A program made the translations under genes and the position numbers. From an uncultured Lachnospiraceae bacterium (lineage in GTDB: Bacteria; Bacillota; Clostridia; UBA1381), in the NCBI GenBank assembly GCA_964634635.1, contig CAZWMB010000001.1, forward strand, positions 8,590 through 72,589: a stretch of DNA of 64,000 nt, read 5' to 3'. Shown piece by piece: positions 38,904 to 49,057 of this stretch. Under the pieces are notes generated by a model. The model searched no databases. It worked only from the letters and a program-made list of their open reading frames with translations, and was not told where the DNA came from. Position 1 is the first letter of the stretch, and each line of letters starts with the position of its first letter.

Positions 38904-40079
38904 TTATTTTGCCGCGGCGGCATAGCTGCGGTCTATCGTTATATAACATTCGCAGCTGTCGTACTTGCCGGCTATACAGCCGCAAATCCAATGCTTCAGC
39001 TCCGTTTCCGACATCTCCATATCCGAGGGCATAAAGCAGTCAAAAATTACTCTTTTACGGTTTTCACACTCGCCAATACGCAGGTCATGTACTGTTATAC
39101 GACTGTCAAGCCGCGCAAGCTTTTTCTCTATCCACTCGCGCATTTCAGCCGCCGCGCCGCTGTTCGATACAGGGTCGAGGTGTACAAGCATCTGCAGCCC
39201 CTCCTCCGACATTATGTCACGCTCTATTCTATCTATAACCTCGTGACTTTTAACAGAGTCCTGCTCCGCCGGCATTTCAACATGCACGCTCGCTATCTGG
39301 TGTCCCGGTCCATAATCATGAACCATGAGGTCATGCGTGCCGACTACCCCGGAATAGCTCATTATTTTACGACGTATACGTTCCACCATTTCCGGATCGG
39401 GAGCCTTGCCGAGCATCGGGTCCAGCGTTTCTCGCACGAGCGAAAAGCCGCTTACAAGTATGAATACCGCTACTGCCGCCGCCATGCAGCCGTCAAGCTC
39501 CACTTCCGTAAAATGCGATACAAGAGCCGACGCAAGCACCGCCGACGTGGTTATAACGTCGTTGCGGCTGTCGGCAGCCGACGCAATAAGTGTTTTTGAC
39601 TCTATCGCTCCGCCGATTTTTCTGTAAAAGAACATAAGCCACAGCTTTGCCAGTATTGAAACGGCGAGTATTATTATAAGCGCAGCCGAAGGAATGACAG
39701 ACTTCGGTCTTAATATCCTCTCCACGCCGGTTTTTAAAAGCTCCACCCCTATCGCCATTATCAGTACCGCAACCATAAGTCCGGCTAAGTATTCATACCT
39801 TCCGTGACCGTACGGGTGTTCCTTGTCCGCCGGTCGCTCTGACAGCTTAAAACCTATAAGACTTATTACACCGGAGGAAACATCCGACAAATTATTAACA
39901 GCATCCGCGACAATAGCCACAGATGATGAGAGAAGTCCGACCGCCATTTTCCCCGCGAACAGCAGTACATTTATGATTATTCCCACCGCGCCGGACAGCT
40001 TTCCGTACGCCGCGCGCACAACGGTATTTTTAACATCGTTATAATTTTTCACCAAATGCTTTATTAAAAATTTTGTCAA
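38904..40079 (-). CDS. Cation diffusion facilitator (FieF-like) with extended C-terminus
   Basis: ADAVNNLSD, PADKEHPYGHGRYE, DSRND, HDLMVHDYGP; TTG start after GGAGG. Confidence 0.92.
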   Translation of the reverse strand: MTKFLIKHLVKNYNDVKNTVVRAAYGKLSGAVGIIINVLLFAGKMAVGLLSSSVAIVADAVNNLSDVSSGVISLIGFKLSERPADKEHPYGHGRYEYLAGLMVAVLIMAIGVELLKTGVERILRPKSVIPSAALIIILAVSILAKLWLMFFYRKIGGAIESKTLIASAADSRNDVITTSAVLASALVSHFTEVELDGCMAAAVAVFILVSGFSLVRETLDPMLGKAPDPEMVERIRRKIMSYSGVVGTHDLMVHDYGPGHQIASVHVEMPAEQDSVKSHEVIDRIERDIMSEEGLQMLVHLDPVSNSGAAAEMREWIEKKLARLDSRITVHDLRIGECENRKRVIFDCFMPSDMEMSETELKHWICGCIAGKYDSCECYITIDRSYAAAAK

Positions 40080-40194
40080 GGCAGTCGCCTCCATTCAAAA
40101 TAGTTTTTACATATTTTATCATATTATATTCGCAGAAGCAATGAATTTCTCAAACAATATTTTTTAACTATAAGTAACTTATGTTATAAAAGAC

Positions 40195-40232
40195 AAAAAA
40201 TCGGCATATCCTTTAAGATATGCCGAAAATTT
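40195..40232 (-). terminator. Terminator of the XRE cassette
   Basis: TCGGCATATC-loop-GATATGCCGA with a T-tract on the minus strand. Confidence 0.8.
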
Positions 40233-40649
40233 TTAATATTTACGGCTCATTATCATATAACAAATCCAGTATATTGCGCATAATCCGCATACGGTGTAGG
40301 CTATAATCTGCCCCGCAAAATACTGCTCCGTGATGTACAATACAACTGTCGCAATACCCGCGAGCATAATATATATGCCAAAAGTCAGACTTCGCGCCCG
40401 CGTCCATATCATCACATTCCGTTCATCCTTTTCCGCGATTTCACGCTGTTTCATTTTATCCTCATTGCTTAATATCCTTACATACTGTATAATTCGCGCA
40501 ATACCGCATATGCCAAATGCCGCGCCGAAATACGAAATAATTTCATTATCAAGCTTTCCCGTAAATCGCAGCAGTACAAGCGCCGCGCCTATAACGATAT
40601 ATCCTATCGCATAGCATAATCTTTTCTTTAGCTTTTTTCTGTAATCCAT
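40233..40649 (-). CDS. Four-TM membrane protein coupled to the XRE regulator
   Basis: Hydrophobic helices flanking a KDERN motif; start 1 nt after the XRE stop. Confidence 0.75.
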   Translation of the reverse strand: MDYRKKLKKRLCYAIGYIVIGAALVLLRFTGKLDNEIISYFGAAFGICGIARIIQYVRILSNEDKMKQREIAEKDERNVMIWTRARSLTFGIYIMLAGIATVVLYITEQYFAGQIIAYTVCGLCAIYWICYMIMSRKY

Positions 40650-40650
40650 T

Positions 40651-40851
40651 TTACTCATCCTCCTCAAATACAAACAAATCCTCGATTGTCACGCCGAAAT
40701 ATTTGGCGAGTTTATGCGCAAGCTGCAATGACGCGTTGTATTTCCCATTTTCCAGAGATATAATTGTTTGCCGCGTCACTCCGACTGCCTTTGCCAAATT
40801 ATCCTGTGTAACCTTACAACCTTTTCTGTAATCTTTTACTCTAACCAACAA
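40651..40851 (-). CDS. XRE-family helix-turn-helix regulator
   Basis: TQDNLAKAVGVTRQTIISLENGKYNASLQLA; GGAGGTG RBS. Confidence 0.92.
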   Translation of the reverse strand: MLVRVKDYRKGCKVTQDNLAKAVGVTRQTIISLENGKYNASLQLAHKLAKYFGVTIEDLFVFEEDE

Positions 40852-40891
40852 GTAAAATCACCTCCGCGATATTTAATCGCCTCTCGAATTA

Positions 40892-40958
40892 AATGTACAG
40901 CATGCTTTACATTTTTATTATAGCATATATTAAAAAAATGTCAAGTATTTTTTACATT
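40892..40958 (-). promoter_or_regulatory. XRE promoter with two palindromic operators
   Basis: TTGACA-16-TATAAT (40944-40917); AATGT-N12-ACATT sites at 40892-40913 and 40937-40958. Confidence 0.75.
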
Positions 40959-40987
40959 CGCAACGGGGGCCCTCACGTATGATTGAT

Positions 40988-41016
40988 TTGACAAAGCGGT
41001 ATTTTCGGAGTATAAT
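40988..41016 (+). promoter_or_regulatory. Consensus sigmaA promoter of the ArsR gene
   Basis: TTGACA-17-TATAAT. Confidence 0.85.
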
Positions 41017-41051
41017 AAAAGAAACGACTGTTTTAAGGAGGTCTGCCGGCT

Positions 41052-41399
41052 ATGGATATGTGCAGCTCATGCCAGTACAATCAGCAGGTTGTTAACAGAA
41101 TAAAAAACGAATTGCCCTGCGATGAAACCACGCAAAGTCTGGCGGAAATGTTCAAAATTTTCGGAGATAACACAAGAATACGAATTTTATGGACGCTGTT
41201 TGACAAAGAGCTTTGCGTCTATGATATTGCCGAACGGCTTAATATGAGCCAGTCGGCGATAAGCCACCAGCTGCGCATACTTAAACAGGCAAGACTTATC
41301 AAGGTACGCCGCGACGGCAAAAACGCCTTCTATTCAATTGACGATGACCATGTAAAAAAGATTATAGAGCAAATGCTGATACATGTTGAGGAGCAGTAA
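41052..41399 (+). CDS. ArsR/SmtB metalloregulator (CzrA/CadC-like)
   Basis: FKIFGDNTRIRIL, ELCVYD, SQSAISHQLR, alpha5 DxH-x10-HxxE site, N-terminal CxxC. Confidence 0.92.
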   Translation: MDMCSSCQYNQQVVNRIKNELPCDETTQSLAEMFKIFGDNTRIRILWTLFDKELCVYDIAERLNMSQSAISHQLRILKQARLIKVRRDGKNAFYSIDDDHVKKIIEQMLIHVEEQ

Positions 41400-41402
41400 A
41401 CG

Positions 41403-41441
41403 CTGAAGGGGAGATTTCCATACGGGAAATCTCCCCTTCAG
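41403..41441. terminator. 17-bp-stem hairpin between the convergent ArsR and ssb genes
   Basis: CTGAAGGGGAGATTTCC-ATACG-GGAAATCTCCCCTTCAG. Confidence 0.75.
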
Positions 41442-41453
41442 ACTGTCGACAAA

Positions 41454-41769
41454 TCATTCTTCAAAATCACTGCCCGGACTGTCCTCGCCCTCATCACATT
41501 CCCTGACAAGCTCCATGCGGTTTATGGACACCTCGTAGGCGGTCTTTGTTATGACCTCCTCCTCGGACAGGCGTTTTTGATATGTTCTTGACTGTATACG
41601 TCCCCATATCTTTACGTTATCGCCTACACTCAGCGATTTGGCAAACCTCGCGTTTCTGCCCCACGCTATAATGGGAATGTAATCCGACTTGTTATAGCTC
41701 CTGTTCACCGCGAGCAGTATATCTGTTATCTCCCGTCCGAACGGCGTTGTACGGTACACCGGCGGCTTG
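41454..41769 (-). pseudogene. ssb: 3' half of a clostridial two-OB-fold ssDNA-binding protein gene, cut at the palindrome centre
   Basis: CKPPVYRTTPFGREITDILLAVNR..SDYIPIIAWGRNA..GRIQSR and an acidic tail; no native 5' half. Confidence 0.85.
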
Positions 41770-42085
41770 CAAGCCGCCGGTGTACCGTACAACGCCGTTC
41801 GGACGGGAGATAACAGATATACTGCTCGCGGTGAACAGGAGCTATAACAAGTCGGATTACATTCCCATTATAGCGTGGGGCAGAAACGCGAGGTTTGCCA
41901 AATCGCTGAGTGTAGGCGATAACGTAAAGATATGGGGACGTATACAGTCAAGAACATATCAAAAACGCCTGTCCGAGGAGGAGGTCATAACAAAGACCGC
42001 CTACGAGGTGTCCATAAACCGCATGGAGCTTGTCAGGGAATGTGATGAGGGCGAGGACAGTCCGGGCAGTGATTTTGAAGAATGA
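41770..42085 (+). pseudogene. ssb: Mirror copy of the truncated ssb
   Basis: Reverse complement of 41454-41769. Confidence 0.85.
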
Positions 42086-42139
42086 TTTGTCGACAGTCTG
42101 AAGGGGAGATTTCCCGTATGGAAATCTCCCCTTCAGCGT

Positions 42140-42487
42140 TTACTGCTCCTCAACATGTATCAGCATTTGCTCTATAATCTTTTTTACATGGTCATCGTCA
42201 ATTGAATAGAAGGCGTTTTTGCCGTCGCGGCGTACCTTGATAAGTCTTGCCTGTTTAAGTATGCGCAGCTGGTGGCTTATCGCCGACTGGCTCATATTAA
42301 GCCGTTCGGCAATATCATAGACGCAAAGCTCTTTGTCAAACAGCGTCCATAAAATTCGTATTCTTGTGTTATCTCCGAAAATTTTGAACATTTCCGCCAG
42401 ACTTTGCGTGGTTTCATCGCAGGGCAATTCGTTTTTTATTCTGTTAACAACCTGCTGATTGTACTGGCATGAGCTGCACATATCCAT
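42140..42487 (-). CDS. ArsR/SmtB regulator (mirror copy)
   Basis: Identical translation to 41052-41399. Confidence 0.9.
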   Translation of the reverse strand: MDMCSSCQYNQQVVNRIKNELPCDETTQSLAEMFKIFGDNTRIRILWTLFDKELCVYDIAERLNMSQSAISHQLRILKQARLIKVRRDGKNAFYSIDDDHVKKIIEQMLIHVEEQ

Positions 42488-42687
42488 AGCCGGCAGACCT
42501 CCTTAAAACAGTCGTTTCTTTTATTATACTCCGAAAATACCGCTTTGTCAAATCAATCATACGTGAGGGCCCCCGTTGCGAATGTAAAAAATACTTGACA
42601 TTTTTTTAATATATGCTATAATAAAAATGTAAAGCATGCTGTACATTTAATTCGAGAGGCGATTAAATATCGCGGAGGTGATTTTAC

Positions 42688-42888
42688 TTGTTGGTTAGAG
42701 TAAAAGATTACAGAAAAGGTTGTAAGGTTACACAGGATAATTTGGCAAAGGCAGTCGGAGTGACGCGGCAAACAATTATATCTCTGGAAAATGGGAAATA
42801 CAACGCGTCATTGCAGCTTGCGCATAAACTCGCCAAATATTTCGGCGTGACAATCGAGGATTTGTTTGTATTTGAGGAGGATGAGTAA
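42688..42888 (+). CDS. XRE-family HTH regulator (mirror copy)
   Basis: Identical to 40651-40851. Confidence 0.9.
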   Translation: MLVRVKDYRKGCKVTQDNLAKAVGVTRQTIISLENGKYNASLQLAHKLAKYFGVTIEDLFVFEEDE

Positions 42889-42889
42889 A

Positions 42890-43306
42890 ATGGATTACAG
42901 AAAAAAGCTAAAGAAAAGATTATGCTATGCGATAGGATATATCGTTATAGGCGCGGCGCTTGTACTGCTGCGATTTACGGGAAAGCTTGATAATGAAATT
43001 ATTTCGTATTTCGGCGCGGCATTTGGCATATGCGGTATTGCGCGAATTATACAGTATGTAAGGATATTAAGCAATGAGGATAAAATGAAACAGCGTGAAA
43101 TCGCGGAAAAGGATGAACGGAATGTGATGATATGGACGCGGGCGCGAAGTCTGACTTTTGGCATATATATTATGCTCGCGGGTATTGCGACAGTTGTATT
43201 GTACATCACGGAGCAGTATTTTGCGGGGCAGATTATAGCCTACACCGTATGCGGATTATGCGCAATATACTGGATTTGTTATATGATAATGAGCCGTAAA
43301 TATTAA
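42890..43306 (+). CDS. Four-TM membrane protein (mirror copy)
   Basis: Identical to 40233-40649. Confidence 0.75.
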   Translation: MDYRKKLKKRLCYAIGYIVIGAALVLLRFTGKLDNEIISYFGAAFGICGIARIIQYVRILSNEDKMKQREIAEKDERNVMIWTRARSLTFGIYIMLAGIATVVLYITEQYFAGQIIAYTVCGLCAIYWICYMIMSRKY

Positions 43307-43459
43307 AAATTTTCGGCATATCTTAAAGGATATGCCGATTTTTTGTCTTTTATAACATAAGTTACTTATAGTTAAAAAATATTGTTTGAGAAATTCATTG
43401 CTTCTGCGAATATAATATGATAAAATATGTAAAAACTATTTTGAATGGAGGCGACTGCC

Positions 43460-44635
43460 TTGACAAAATTTTTAATAAAGCATTTGGTGAAAAATTATAA
43501 CGATGTTAAAAATACCGTTGTGCGCGCGGCGTACGGAAAGCTGTCCGGCGCGGTGGGAATAATCATAAATGTACTGCTGTTCGCGGGGAAAATGGCGGTC
43601 GGACTTCTCTCATCATCTGTGGCTATTGTCGCGGATGCTGTTAATAATTTGTCGGATGTTTCCTCCGGTGTAATAAGTCTTATAGGTTTTAAGCTGTCAG
43701 AGCGACCGGCGGACAAGGAACACCCGTACGGTCACGGAAGGTATGAATACTTAGCCGGACTTATGGTTGCGGTACTGATAATGGCGATAGGGGTGGAGCT
43801 TTTAAAAACCGGCGTGGAGAGGATATTAAGACCGAAGTCTGTCATTCCTTCGGCTGCGCTTATAATAATACTCGCCGTTTCAATACTGGCAAAGCTGTGG
43901 CTTATGTTCTTTTACAGAAAAATCGGCGGAGCGATAGAGTCAAAAACACTTATTGCGTCGGCTGCCGACAGCCGCAACGACGTTATAACCACGTCGGCGG
44001 TGCTTGCGTCGGCTCTTGTATCGCATTTTACGGAAGTGGAGCTTGACGGCTGCATGGCGGCGGCAGTAGCGGTATTCATACTTGTAAGCGGCTTTTCGCT
44101 CGTGCGAGAAACGCTGGACCCGATGCTCGGCAAGGCTCCCGATCCGGAAATGGTGGAACGTATACGTCGTAAAATAATGAGCTATTCCGGGGTAGTCGGC
44201 ACGCATGACCTCATGGTTCATGATTATGGACCGGGACACCAGATAGCGAGCGTGCATGTTGAAATGCCGGCGGAGCAGGACTCTGTTAAAAGTCACGAGG
44301 TTATAGATAGAATAGAGCGTGACATAATGTCGGAGGAGGGGCTGCAGATGCTTGTACACCTCGACCCTGTATCGAACAGCGGCGCGGCGGCTGAAATGCG
44401 CGAGTGGATAGAGAAAAAGCTTGCGCGGCTTGACAGTCGTATAACAGTACATGACCTGCGTATTGGCGAGTGTGAAAACCGTAAAAGAGTAATTTTTGAC
44501 TGCTTTATGCCCTCGGATATGGAGATGTCGGAAACGGAGCTGAAGCATTGGATTTGCGGCTGTATAGCCGGCAAGTACGACAGCTGCGAATGTTATATAA
44601 CGATAGACCGCAGCTATGCCGCCGCGGCAAAATAA
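43460..44635 (+). CDS. Cation diffusion facilitator (mirror copy)
   Basis: Identical to 38904-40079. Confidence 0.9.
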   Translation: MTKFLIKHLVKNYNDVKNTVVRAAYGKLSGAVGIIINVLLFAGKMAVGLLSSSVAIVADAVNNLSDVSSGVISLIGFKLSERPADKEHPYGHGRYEYLAGLMVAVLIMAIGVELLKTGVERILRPKSVIPSAALIIILAVSILAKLWLMFFYRKIGGAIESKTLIASAADSRNDVITTSAVLASALVSHFTEVELDGCMAAAVAVFILVSGFSLVRETLDPMLGKAPDPEMVERIRRKIMSYSGVVGTHDLMVHDYGPGHQIASVHVEMPAEQDSVKSHEVIDRIERDIMSEEGLQMLVHLDPVSNSGAAAEMREWIEKKLARLDSRITVHDLRIGECENRKRVIFDCFMPSDMEMSETELKHWICGCIAGKYDSCECYITIDRSYAAAAK

Positions 44636-44700
44636 ATGCGCGCAGGACAGTCCGAACGGGAATATAATCTATTGTGATAATACGGATATGCGTATTTTTC

Positions 44701-45435
44701 TTAATGTCCCGCCGGCTTTCTTTCCTTCAAAGTTCTTTCGCTGACAAAATCCGCATAGAGAAAGATACCAAGTATCACACCAAGAGGAAACAGCGTTGCC
44801 CAAATAGCTTTTTCATCCGATAAATTACACAATATTGTTCCTACGAACGCTCCCGCAAGGAAAAATATCAACATAGTAAAGTGTTCGCGCAGGCTTTTTC
44901 GGTGCGTTTTATCTGACAGACGAAAATGCGTAATCTCTTTTGCCAAGCCTACTCCAATCTGCCTGATATGATTTGTGGCGAAGGTTGTCGCCTCCGGTAC
45001 GCCTTCTGCCTGACGAAAAGTATTGTATTGCATAGAAGCAACAAAATTGATTGTAACCTGAGCAATCTGCACCGGCGCCGACAAAGGGACAAAGCCCAAA
45101 GCCAGCGCTGCCAGCATCTCTATCGCAATCAGTAACGTATCCCAGCGGACAGGCAGATGATGTTTAACCGGATTTGGAAGCAGCTCCGATACGAAAGCCC
45201 CAAGCATATAAGCGGAAATAGGTATCAGATAATACAATGCCTCTCTCCATTTTCCCGCTCCAAGCGCCATTCCCATCAACACTACATTACCCGTCTGAGC
45301 ATTACAAAACACATTGCCTCGGAGCAAAAAGGTATATGCCCCGAAGAATCCCGCCACAACCATTAAAATATGGTAGATTTCTTTTCTCTCACACATAAGA
45401 TGATAATAGATATTATCCGCTTTATTACTTTCCAT
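44701..45435 (-). CDS. YoaK/DUF1275 protein (mirror copy)
   Basis: Identical to 38104-38838. Confidence 0.85.
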   Translation of the reverse strand: MESNKADNIYYHLMCERKEIYHILMVVAGFFGAYTFLLRGNVFCNAQTGNVVLMGMALGAGKWREALYYLIPISAYMLGAFVSELLPNPVKHHLPVRWDTLLIAIEMLAALALGFVPLSAPVQIAQVTINFVASMQYNTFRQAEGVPEATTFATNHIRQIGVGLAKEITHFRLSDKTHRKSLREHFTMLIFFLAGAFVGTILCNLSDEKAIWATLFPLGVILGIFLYADFVSERTLKERKPAGH

Positions 45436-45707
45436 ATTTAATATGTACTCCTCTTAATGTACTAATGCCGTTTTTCATGCCTTGTACTTCATCAGTAAGT
45501 AAATCTGATTTTTCATCGGCCGCCATTTCATACGCCGTCTTTATAATAGGATAACGCTTTGATTGCATTATATCACATACCGTTATTAATTACAAGTATA
45601 ACCTTATTGAGTCAGCCGTGGGTTGCTGTTAAGAAAACATTGACGAATTTACAAAAATATTATATAATAAATATATATAAAATACACAAACATATGAAAG
45701 GATGATA

Positions 45708-46736
45708 ATGATGAAGTTTAAGGAAAACACCGATTTTGACCTTATAGGTCTTGGCGAGGTTATGCTGCGCCTCTCGCCTCCGGACAAAGAAAAAATTTCA
45801 CAGAGCGAAACCTTCGACAAAAATGCCGGAGGCAGCGAGTTGAACGTCGTGTCCGGAGCCGCAATGCTCGGTATACGTTCGGCTATTATAACCAAGCTCC
45901 CCGAAAATAAAATGGGACATTTTATCCGTAACAAAATCCGCTACGGCAATGTTTCCGACGACTACATAATCTACGATCATTCCCCCTCAAAGCGTCTTGG
46001 TATTTACTATTATGAGAGCGGCGCGTATCCGAGAAAGTCCTCTGTTATTTATGACAGGGCAAACTCCAGCTTTTGCTCGCTGTCGCTTTCCGACCTGCCG
46101 GACGACATCTATGGCAAGGCAAAAATTTTTCATGTGTCCAGCATCACTATGGCGCTTGCTCCGTCGCTCAGGGACACTACGATTGAGATGATAAAAAAAT
46201 TCAAGGCGGCAGGCGCGTACATATCCTTTGACGTAAATTATCGCGCCGCTCTGTGGAACGAGGAGGATGCTAAAAAGGCTGTCGAAACAATATTCCCATA
46301 TGTTGACCTCCTGTTCGTGTCGGAGGAAACCTCGCGCAGAATGTTGCGGAGAACCGGTACTCTTGAGGAAATTATAAAGGGCTACGCAAACGACTACGGA
46401 TGCTCGCTCATAGCGACGACGCGGCGCGACGTCGTAAGTCCAACGCATCATAATTTCAATTCAAAAATGTATGTGGAGGGCGCTTTCTACGAGGAGGAGC
46501 CGTACAACAATATCGAGGTTATTGACAGAATAGGCTCAGGCGACGCGTACCTAGCGGGCGTGCTGTACGGTCTTATAAAGCATGGTTCTCCCCAAAGAGC
46601 GATAGAAATCGGCAACGCGCTGTCGGCTGTCAAGAATACTGTTATCGGAGATATGTCCGCGAGCAGCATCGAGGAAATTGAAAGCGTTATTAAGTCGCAT
46701 AAGGCGACCGGTCATCAGGATGAAATGGTGAGATGA
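45708..46736 (+). CDS. kdgK: KDG kinase (mirror copy)
   Basis: Identical to 36803-37831. Confidence 0.8.
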   Translation: MMKFKENTDFDLIGLGEVMLRLSPPDKEKISQSETFDKNAGGSELNVVSGAAMLGIRSAIITKLPENKMGHFIRNKIRYGNVSDDYIIYDHSPSKRLGIYYYESGAYPRKSSVIYDRANSSFCSLSLSDLPDDIYGKAKIFHVSSITMALAPSLRDTTIEMIKKFKAAGAYISFDVNYRAALWNEEDAKKAVETIFPYVDLLFVSEETSRRMLRRTGTLEEIIKGYANDYGCSLIATTRRDVVSPTHHNFNSKMYVEGAFYEEEPYNNIEVIDRIGSGDAYLAGVLYGLIKHGSPQRAIEIGNALSAVKNTVIGDMSASSIEEIESVIKSHKATGHQDEMVR

Positions 46737-46946
46737 TATTGTGCAAAATATTATGTATCCCCTCACATTGCCGCAAAACGCGCTCTTGAGGGGATATTTT
46801 ATTTGGGATTTTTTCCTATAGCTTAAATTGCAATACAAATACGCGCCGCCGCCGCATGAGATGCAACGGTATACAAAAAGAGAGAAATCTCCTAAGAAAT
46901 TTCTCTCTTTGCCCGCGGAATTCCGCGTTCATTTTTTAATTATTAT

Positions 46947-48896
46947 TTAGAACCACTTCTGAGCGTCATAGTTATCAAGTACGTTTCTGATGTTGCTGAG
47001 TCTTGTTTCGGTGTCTATCAGACCGTTGCTGTCATAAGCTGATGTAGCCTTCATCATAACATCAACGTACCATGCGCCGTCGTTAAGATCAACGATTGAG
47101 TAAAGCTCCGGAGTTACCTCGGCGCCGTCCTGAGCCGTCAGGCCCATTTGATCTCTGCCGATAATCTGATTGAACATCGAACAGTATTCAGCTCTTGTCA
47201 TAATCTTATCCGGCATGAACTGACCGTCACCCATACCCTGCATATAACCATACGCGCACATAATCTTGATATAGTCCTCATACTGATGACCCGAAATATC
47301 CGTGAAGTCAACGTCGCCTGTATTCTTCAGGTTCAGACCGAATACAACAAGCTTGGCAACCTCGCCTCTTGTTACAGGACCGATTTCAACAGAGTCAATT
47401 CCGTCAAACGCGCCCTTGCTTGCAAGATACGCAAGACCTCTCTCATACCATGTACCCTCGTGAGCCGAGATATTGTCAGTTACGGGATATACAGCATCCA
47501 TTGAGTCATAATTCTGGTCAATCATTCTCATAATCATCGCCGCGACCTGTTCTCTTGTTACAGCGTCATTGGGAGCCATCTCGACCTCGGCGATAAGCTG
47601 TCCGCCAACATAGTTGCCGTCCTCATCCGTTACCGGCTCGTAGGATATTTTAGGCTCATAACCGAATATATAAGCATATCCAAGACCGTAGAGGTCTATC
47701 TCGTCATCCTCGGGGACAGGAGCGGGCGTCGGCTCTTCAGTCGGCTCCGGAGTTTCCTCAACCTCCGCCTTGGCAACAGCCGTATCCGCTTTCCATAGAA
47801 TTCTGCCCGCGCCGTTTATTGTCAGCGTATTTGTATGCAACTGACCGTAAAGAGTACCTGAGTCAACTACTTCCGAATCAGCATTCGGCACGCATACGAT
47901 ACCTGTAACCTCCGTCTGACCGCCGGTTATGGTAAACGAACTTGCGTTGGATTCAATATTTCCGGTAAAAGTCGTAGCTCCGCTGATTTCAAGCGAGTCA
48001 GCGGTTACCTTCATATCGGCTACAGCTATTTTTGACGCGCTGATAACCGTGTCAGAGCCAAGATAAAGATGTGTTTTTTCCACACTGCCGCTAATTTCCA
48101 TAGGCCATACCGTATTATCATAATTGATAATTACCGGAATATTCGCGGGTAAGCTGCCGATGTAAATATTCGCGTCATTGTCACCGACAACCTTAATATT
48201 GATATTTTGAGAATCTGATGTGATTTCATCAATAACAATATTTACCGGACCGTTTGTCGTATCAACGGTAAGCGCCGGACCGTATGAACCGTTCATTTTC
48301 AAAGCGCCGATTTTTGTGTTTTCCGAAATGGTTCTCGCCGTTGTGTTGGCGTCGCCCCATCCGCTACCGTCATAGCCGTAAACATTAAACTCCGCGTCTC
48401 CTATGTCGTTTGAGATTGTCGGAATTTCAAACGGCTCGTAAGAACATTCAAAGCTTGTGTTCTTATCAAGAATCGCGCCCTCGTGCTCAATCTGCGTGCT
48501 GTAATAATTGATGCCGTCTGTATTACCGTAATCATTTACATGCACAAAGCCCTCCGCTGTTCTGTATTGTGTCCACTCATCATTGTTATCGTCGCTGCCG
48601 AATACAGTATTTTCGGTACCTGAAATGAACAGACCGTCAACCTTATTGCCCTGACCGTTTCCGGCATAAATTGTGCCGTTGGAGTAAACGCTGCCCTGTA
48701 TATACATCGTGTCGCCATAGATGTTTACATCTCCGTTGGCAATTACCGCGAGATTAAACTGACCGTCCGGGTCGTCCGACGTATAGCCAAGGCCGGCATA
48801 GCTCTGACCGTCGTAATCCGACGGCGCCGCGGCAAGCGCAGCCGTTGACATAACGAGCATTGACGCTGCCAATAGACATGAAATAAATTTTTTCAT
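46947..48896 (-). CDS. SLH-domain protein (mirror copy)
   Basis: Identical to 34643-36592. Confidence 0.85.
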   Translation of the reverse strand: MKKFISCLLAASMLVMSTAALAAAPSDYDGQSYAGLGYTSDDPDGQFNLAVIANGDVNIYGDTMYIQGSVYSNGTIYAGNGQGNKVDGLFISGTENTVFGSDDNNDEWTQYRTAEGFVHVNDYGNTDGINYYSTQIEHEGAILDKNTSFECSYEPFEIPTISNDIGDAEFNVYGYDGSGWGDANTTARTISENTKIGALKMNGSYGPALTVDTTNGPVNIVIDEITSDSQNINIKVVGDNDANIYIGSLPANIPVIINYDNTVWPMEISGSVEKTHLYLGSDTVISASKIAVADMKVTADSLEISGATTFTGNIESNASSFTITGGQTEVTGIVCVPNADSEVVDSGTLYGQLHTNTLTINGAGRILWKADTAVAKAEVEETPEPTEEPTPAPVPEDDEIDLYGLGYAYIFGYEPKISYEPVTDEDGNYVGGQLIAEVEMAPNDAVTREQVAAMIMRMIDQNYDSMDAVYPVTDNISAHEGTWYERGLAYLASKGAFDGIDSVEIGPVTRGEVAKLVVFGLNLKNTGDVDFTDISGHQYEDYIKIMCAYGYMQGMGDGQFMPDKIMTRAEYCSMFNQIIGRDQMGLTAQDGAEVTPELYSIVDLNDGAWYVDVMMKATSAYDSNGLIDTETRLSNIRNVLDNYDAQKWF

Positions 48897-49057
48897 TAAT
48901 ATTCCTTCTTTCATAGAATTATTTAGTTTTGGTAATATTATATCATCTTATTCCGTTATTGTCAAAGCTTTTTACGGTCTTTTTCGGTTAAAAAGTTTTT
49001 TTGGCTATTTCTACCAATTTTAATATATGAAATTTGTTATTTTTTACTTATTTACGG

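Noticed and set aside
41740-41800. Protelomerase (telRL-like) hairpin telomere
   Set aside because: The axis is GC-rich coding sequence inside ssb and no protelomerase gene is in the window; only read-level data could revive the idea
41747-42085. 112-aa overlapping ORF pair MYGTPAACKPP... as a new small protein
   Set aside because: The first seven residues come from the mirror arm and there is no RBS; it is a truncated ssb
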